The notes under the pieces are model-generated. The model did not search any database. It was not told where the DNA came from and worked only from the letters and a program-made list of their open reading frames with translations. The position numbers were made by a program, and so were the translations under genes. Shown piece by piece: positions 60,353-64,000 of a stretch of DNA of 64,000 bases. The stretch covers positions 1,728,001 to 1,792,000 of the forward strand of contig OY764159.1 in NCBI GenBank assembly GCA_963668175.1. Reading direction: 5' to 3'. Position 1 is the stretch's first letter, and each line of letters opens with the position of its first letter. The stretch comes from Syntrophales bacterium (GTDB taxonomy: Bacteria; Desulfobacterota; Syntrophia; Syntrophales; PHBD01).

Positions 60353-61263
60353 TCCGAAATGATGGGGCAAAGACACCGGCGATCGATACGAAAAAGCCCG
60401 CGTGGCTGGTTCAGCGGTTCCGCGGCGGCGACGCGTTCAACGGCATGGTCGATCTCCTCACGGATCTCGGTTTGAATACGGTCTGCCAGAGCGCCTCCTG
60501 CCCCAATATCGGGGAATGCTTTAATGCCGGGACGGCCACTTTTTTAATTCTCGGTGGCCTGTGTACAAGGAACTGCCGGTTCTGTGCCGTGCCGAAGGGA
60601 CAGCCGAGCTCACCCGATCCGGACGAGCCGGGAAAAGTCGCGCAGGCGGCCCGGGTCGCGGGTATCAGGCATGCCGTTGTCACGTCCGTTACGCGCGACG
60701 ACCTTGACGATGGCGGTGCGGACCAGTTTGTCCGTTGCATTCAACGCCTCCGCGAGACGGTTCCGGAGACCTCCGTTGAGGTCCTGACGCCCGATTTTCG
60801 AGGTGACAGAAAGGCGTTGCGGGCCGTTCTGGCCGCTGGACTGGATGTGTTCAATCACAATGTGGAGACGGTACCGCGACTCTATCCGTTGGTGAGACCG
60901 GGAGCCGATTACCATCGTTCCCTGCGAATGTTGCGCGAAGCGGCCCGTCGCATCAGGGTTGTCAAGAGTGGGATCATGGTCGGCATGGGAGAGGACGAGA
61001 AAGAGGTGCGAGGGGTCTTTCGCGATCTCGTCGCCGCCGGTGTCGCGGTCCTCACCATCGGACAATATCTGAGACCTTCCCCCGGGCAAATGGAGGTGGT
61101 CGAATACGTCCATCCCGAGCGGTTCCGTTCATACGGGGAGATGGCGCTGGCGGCCGGGTTCAAGTCCGTGGCGGCCGGGCCGCTGGTGCGCAGTTCTTAT
61201 CATGCGGAACGGTTATTTGGAAACGGGATACCCTGCCCGATACCGCCGGCCGACGCCCGGTAA
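60349..61263 (+). CDS. lipA: Lipoyl synthase
   Basis: TVCQSASCPNIGEC, CTRNCRFC, NHNVETV, GPLVRSSY. Confidence 0.95.
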   Translation: MIRNDGAKTPAIDTKKPAWLVQRFRGGDAFNGMVDLLTDLGLNTVCQSASCPNIGECFNAGTATFLILGGLCTRNCRFCAVPKGQPSSPDPDEPGKVAQAARVAGIRHAVVTSVTRDDLDDGGADQFVRCIQRLRETVPETSVEVLTPDFRGDRKALRAVLAAGLDVFNHNVETVPRLYPLVRPGADYHRSLRMLREAARRIRVVKSGIMVGMGEDEKEVRGVFRDLVAAGVAVLTIGQYLRPSPGQMEVVEYVHPERFRSYGEMALAAGFKSVAAGPLVRSSYHAERLFGNGIPCPIPPADAR

Positions 61264-61440
61264 CACATGAGAAATATCTTTCCTGGGAAGGGCTTCATCC
61301 GTCCGGAAGCCTTATCTTGTCATCCCGACTATCCCGTTTTGATGATTCCCTCCCGTATCGCAACAAAGAGCCGGAAATTACAGATAGGCCATGGTTATCA
61401 AAAGCGTGAATATAAAGAAATAAGTTGAATAAGATTAAAA

Positions 61441-61469
61441 TTGACAACGGTCTCGTAATTGTTTAGTAT
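61441..61469 (+). promoter_or_regulatory. Sigma70-type promoter of the XRE regulator
   Basis: TTGACA-17 bp-TAGTAT. Confidence 0.6.
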
Positions 61470-61511
61470 TCATAACCACATACATTAAATCAGACGACGA
61501 CATGAGGAAAT

Positions 61512-62111
61512 ATGATCGAAAAACAGATTGCCGACAGCATGCGAAAGATCCGTAATTCCAAGGGAATGACGCTGAAACAGCTGGGCGAGAAAATCGGCAT
61601 TTCTCCCGGCATGCTTTCTCGCCTGGAAAACAATCAGTCGTCGCCTCCCATTGCGACGCTGGCGAAGATCGCCCAGGGACTGGACGTTCCCATCAGCGTT
61701 TTTTTCGAGGGCAACGGTGACGACACGGATCTCAAATATATCGTGACACGCAGCGACCGGCGCCGCCAGGTGATACGCCGCGGCAGCGATATCGGATTCA
61801 TTTATTACGCCTTCAACACCGCCAGGGACCTTCACCTCATTGAAGCCTTCGTGATGGAGCATCCCCCGCTCCGAAAGAAAATGAAAGTTCTGTTCGATCA
61901 CCCGGGGGAGGAGCTTATTCTGGTATTAAAGGGTACCATAGAACTGGTCTACGGCTATGAGACGATACGCCTGGAGGAGGGCGATGCCATCCACTTCGAT
62001 CCCTCGGTTCCCCATCGCGCCCAGAACGTGGGTAAGGAGAAGTCGGAATGCCTGGTGGTCATTGCCGGTCAAAAGGGCTATTTCAAACGCAACAACGCAA
62101 CATCCGCATAA
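61512..62111 (+). CDS. XRE-family HTH plus cupin transcriptional regulator
   Basis: TLKQLGEKIGISPGMLSRLENN HTH; HPGEE...GDAIHFD...PH cupin. Confidence 0.9.
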   Translation: MIEKQIADSMRKIRNSKGMTLKQLGEKIGISPGMLSRLENNQSSPPIATLAKIAQGLDVPISVFFEGNGDDTDLKYIVTRSDRRRQVIRRGSDIGFIYYAFNTARDLHLIEAFVMEHPPLRKKMKVLFDHPGEELILVLKGTIELVYGYETIRLEEGDAIHFDPSVPHRAQNVGKEKSECLVVIAGQKGYFKRNNATSA

Positions 62112-62363
62112 CGTTATTTTCCCTGCCCGTCTCCCTCCGGAATGTCTTCCGGAGCTTTGTTGCTCTATGCGCGGCGACGCGATCCTTTCCGGTTGGCCCG
62201 AAAGCGGGGCATTGCCTCCTGCAGTTGGTTGATATCGGGGGTAGGTCCATGCCGGACGTGTGCCCGATCAGTGCCTCATCCCTCTAAATAGCCTCTTCAC
62301 AGTGAAGGCGGAATGTCAAACCTGAAAGGTGTCGGTCTTGTTTTTGATGCCGACAAAATAAAC

Positions 62364-62392
62364 TTGACATCGGTAAAAATGTTTACTATTAT
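62364..62392 (+). promoter_or_regulatory. Sigma70-type promoter upstream of the acoR-like gene
   Basis: TTGACA-17 bp-TATTAT. Confidence 0.6.
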
Positions 62393-62598
62393 GCAACTAA
62401 ATACGTACAACGAAACATTTCAACCTGCCTGCAACAGCCGCTCCGCTCTTGACGCCAGATAACCCAGCCTTCGTCGGCTGGTCACAACGCAGCGCATGAA
62501 CTCCCGGCATTCCGGAAGCATAACCGGAATGCGACGAAGAACAGCGCGGCGAATAAACATCTTCATTCGTTTGTTTACTGAATAGTCGGAGGTGAACC

Positions 62599-64000
62599 AT
62601 GGTACGCGAACTTGCCACGAGTATGCCCGATGACTTTGCCGGATTCAACAGATCGGAAGCGAATACCTTTAGACCTTCCACCCTGAGACCCATTATCATG
62701 GATTCCTGGAGAAGGTCGAGGGAGTATGGGGTCTATCGGGAGGAGTGCGTCAGCAGCGTCGTTCTGACTGCCGGGGAATTGGAACTCCTGCTGCGTAAAA
62801 ATTCCGAACTTATAGACGCCGCGATGCCTTTCATACACAATCTATACAGGCTTGTCGCCAGTTCGGGATTTGTGGTTATTCTTGTCGACAGGGAAGGATA
62901 CATTCTGGAGGTTGTCGGAGCCGTCGATCGGCTGGGTATCGCCGAGAATATCCATTATGTCAAAGGAATGAAATGGACCGAGGAACTTGTCGGCACGACC
63001 GCGATCGGACTTGCCCTTCGGGAGCGCCAGCCCATTCAAGTGGCGGGGGATGAGCACTATTGCTGCAGCTTCAGGAACTGGGCTTGCTCGGCGGCTCCGA
63101 TAGTCGATGAAAACAACGATCTTCTCGGCGTGTTGAGCGTCACAGGTTTGAAAAAGTATGTCCACTGCCACACCCTGGGCATGGCGGTGTCGGCGGCCAC
63201 CGCGATGACCAACATCCTGCGGGAAAGAAAAATCCAGAAAAAATTGGAGCAATCGGCCCAGATACATTCCACCATCGTTCATTCCATTTCCGACGGTCTT
63301 CTCATGCTGGACAAGAACGGTATCGTTACCTTCATCAACCCCACCGGGGCGCGAATACTGGGTGTGAAAAGGGATGAAGCCACGGGCAGACATATTTCAT
63401 CGATTGTCGATTTCAAACCCGTCGTGCTCCAGGTATTGGAGAGGGGCCAGGGGTATGCCGACAGGGAATTCTTTATCGAAACCAGGAAAGGCGTCGTGCA
63501 TTTCATCAAGACGGCCATTCCGATCAGGGACAAGGACGGCAACCTGGACGGGGTCATCGATATCTTCCGGGAGATCAAGAAGGTGCGCCAGTTGGTCAAT
63601 CGGATGGTGGGGTCGTCCGCTAAATTCTCTTTCGACGATATCCTGGGTTCGAGCGCGGCCGTCAAGGAAGTCGTTCGCATGGGGAAAATCGCCGCCAACA
63701 GCTTCGCCAATTTGCTGATCCAGGGGGAAAGCGGCACCGGCAAGGAGATGATTGCCCAGGCCGTCCATAATGCAAGCGCGCGGGCGGAAGGGCCGTTCAT
63801 CGCGATCAATTGCGGAGCTATCCCGCGGGATCTCGTCGAAAGCGAATTGTTCGGCTACGAGGAAGGGGCGTTTACCGGGGCGAGGCATAACGGCCGGCCG
63901 GGAAAATTTGAATTGGCCCACGGAGGAACCATATTCCTGGACGAAATAGGCGAGACGCCCGTGGACATCCAGGTAAAACTCCTGAGGGTGCTTCAGGATA
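62599..64000 (+). CDS. acoR: Sigma54-dependent activator, GAF-PAS-AAA+ (AcoR-like); truncated by the window end and absent from the ORF track
   Basis: Read manually: GGAGG RBS, ATG 62599, [36 protein letters not shown]. Confidence 0.85.
   Translation, partial: MVRELATSMPDDFAGFNRSEANTFRPSTLRPIIMDSWRRSREYGVYREECVSSVVLTAGELELLLRKNSELIDAAMPFIHNLYRLVASSGFVVILVDREGYILEVVGAVDRLGIAENIHYVKGMKWTEELVGTTAIGLALRERQPIQVAGDEHYCCSFRNWACSAAPIVDENNDLLGVLSVTGLKKYVHCHTLGMAVSAATAMTNILRERKIQKKLEQSAQIHSTIVHSISDGLLMLDKNGIVTFINPTGARILGVKRDEATGRHISSIVDFKPVVLQVLERGQGYADREFFIETRKGVVHFIKTAIPIRDKDGNLDGVIDIFREIKKVRQLVNRMVGSSAKFSFDDILGSSAAVKEVVRMGKIAANSFANLLIQGESGTGKEMIAQAVHNASARAEGPFIAINCGAIPRDLVESELFGYEEGAFTGARHNGRPGKFELAHGGTIFLDEIGETPVDIQVKLLRVLQD

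Overview
GC-rich bacterial chromosome segment. The gene content (PAS-LuxR regulators, CoA-dependent fermentation enzymes, PgpH-PhoH-YbeY, an M16 peptidase pair) resembles an anaerobic deltaproteobacterium, possibly Syntrophales; this assignment is inference. Positions 1-24.4 kb are mostly housekeeping: thiolase/DUF35, radical SAM-corC-lnt-prfB (with its programmed +1 frameshift), mltD, an M16-M16-M20 / phoH-HD-ybeY block, a DEAD helicase and an MCP, plus one MITE-like element. A tRNA-Lys(CTT) gene lies at 24425-24500. Its 3' 46 nt recur at 27299, 39401 and 49576 with 0, 1 and 7 mismatches, each copy embedded in conserved, identically spaced non-tRNA arm sequences. These att-like junctions divide the rest of the window into tandem modules, none of which encodes a recognisable integrase. 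Module 1 carries an orphan Ser/Thr kinase and an ABC ATPase fragment. Module 2 carries a PAS-LuxR regulator and a 4-hydroxybutyrate/crotonate fermentation cluster. Module 3 carries a paralogous PAS-LuxR regulator and a Gct-like CoA-transferase/beta-oxidation cluster. Module 4 is a sigma54/AcoR-type acetoin-dehydrogenase-like complex with an embedded IlvC and two MFS transporters, and it runs off the window end. The best candidate for a novel system is this tRNA-anchored, integron-like array of integrase-less catabolic cassettes.
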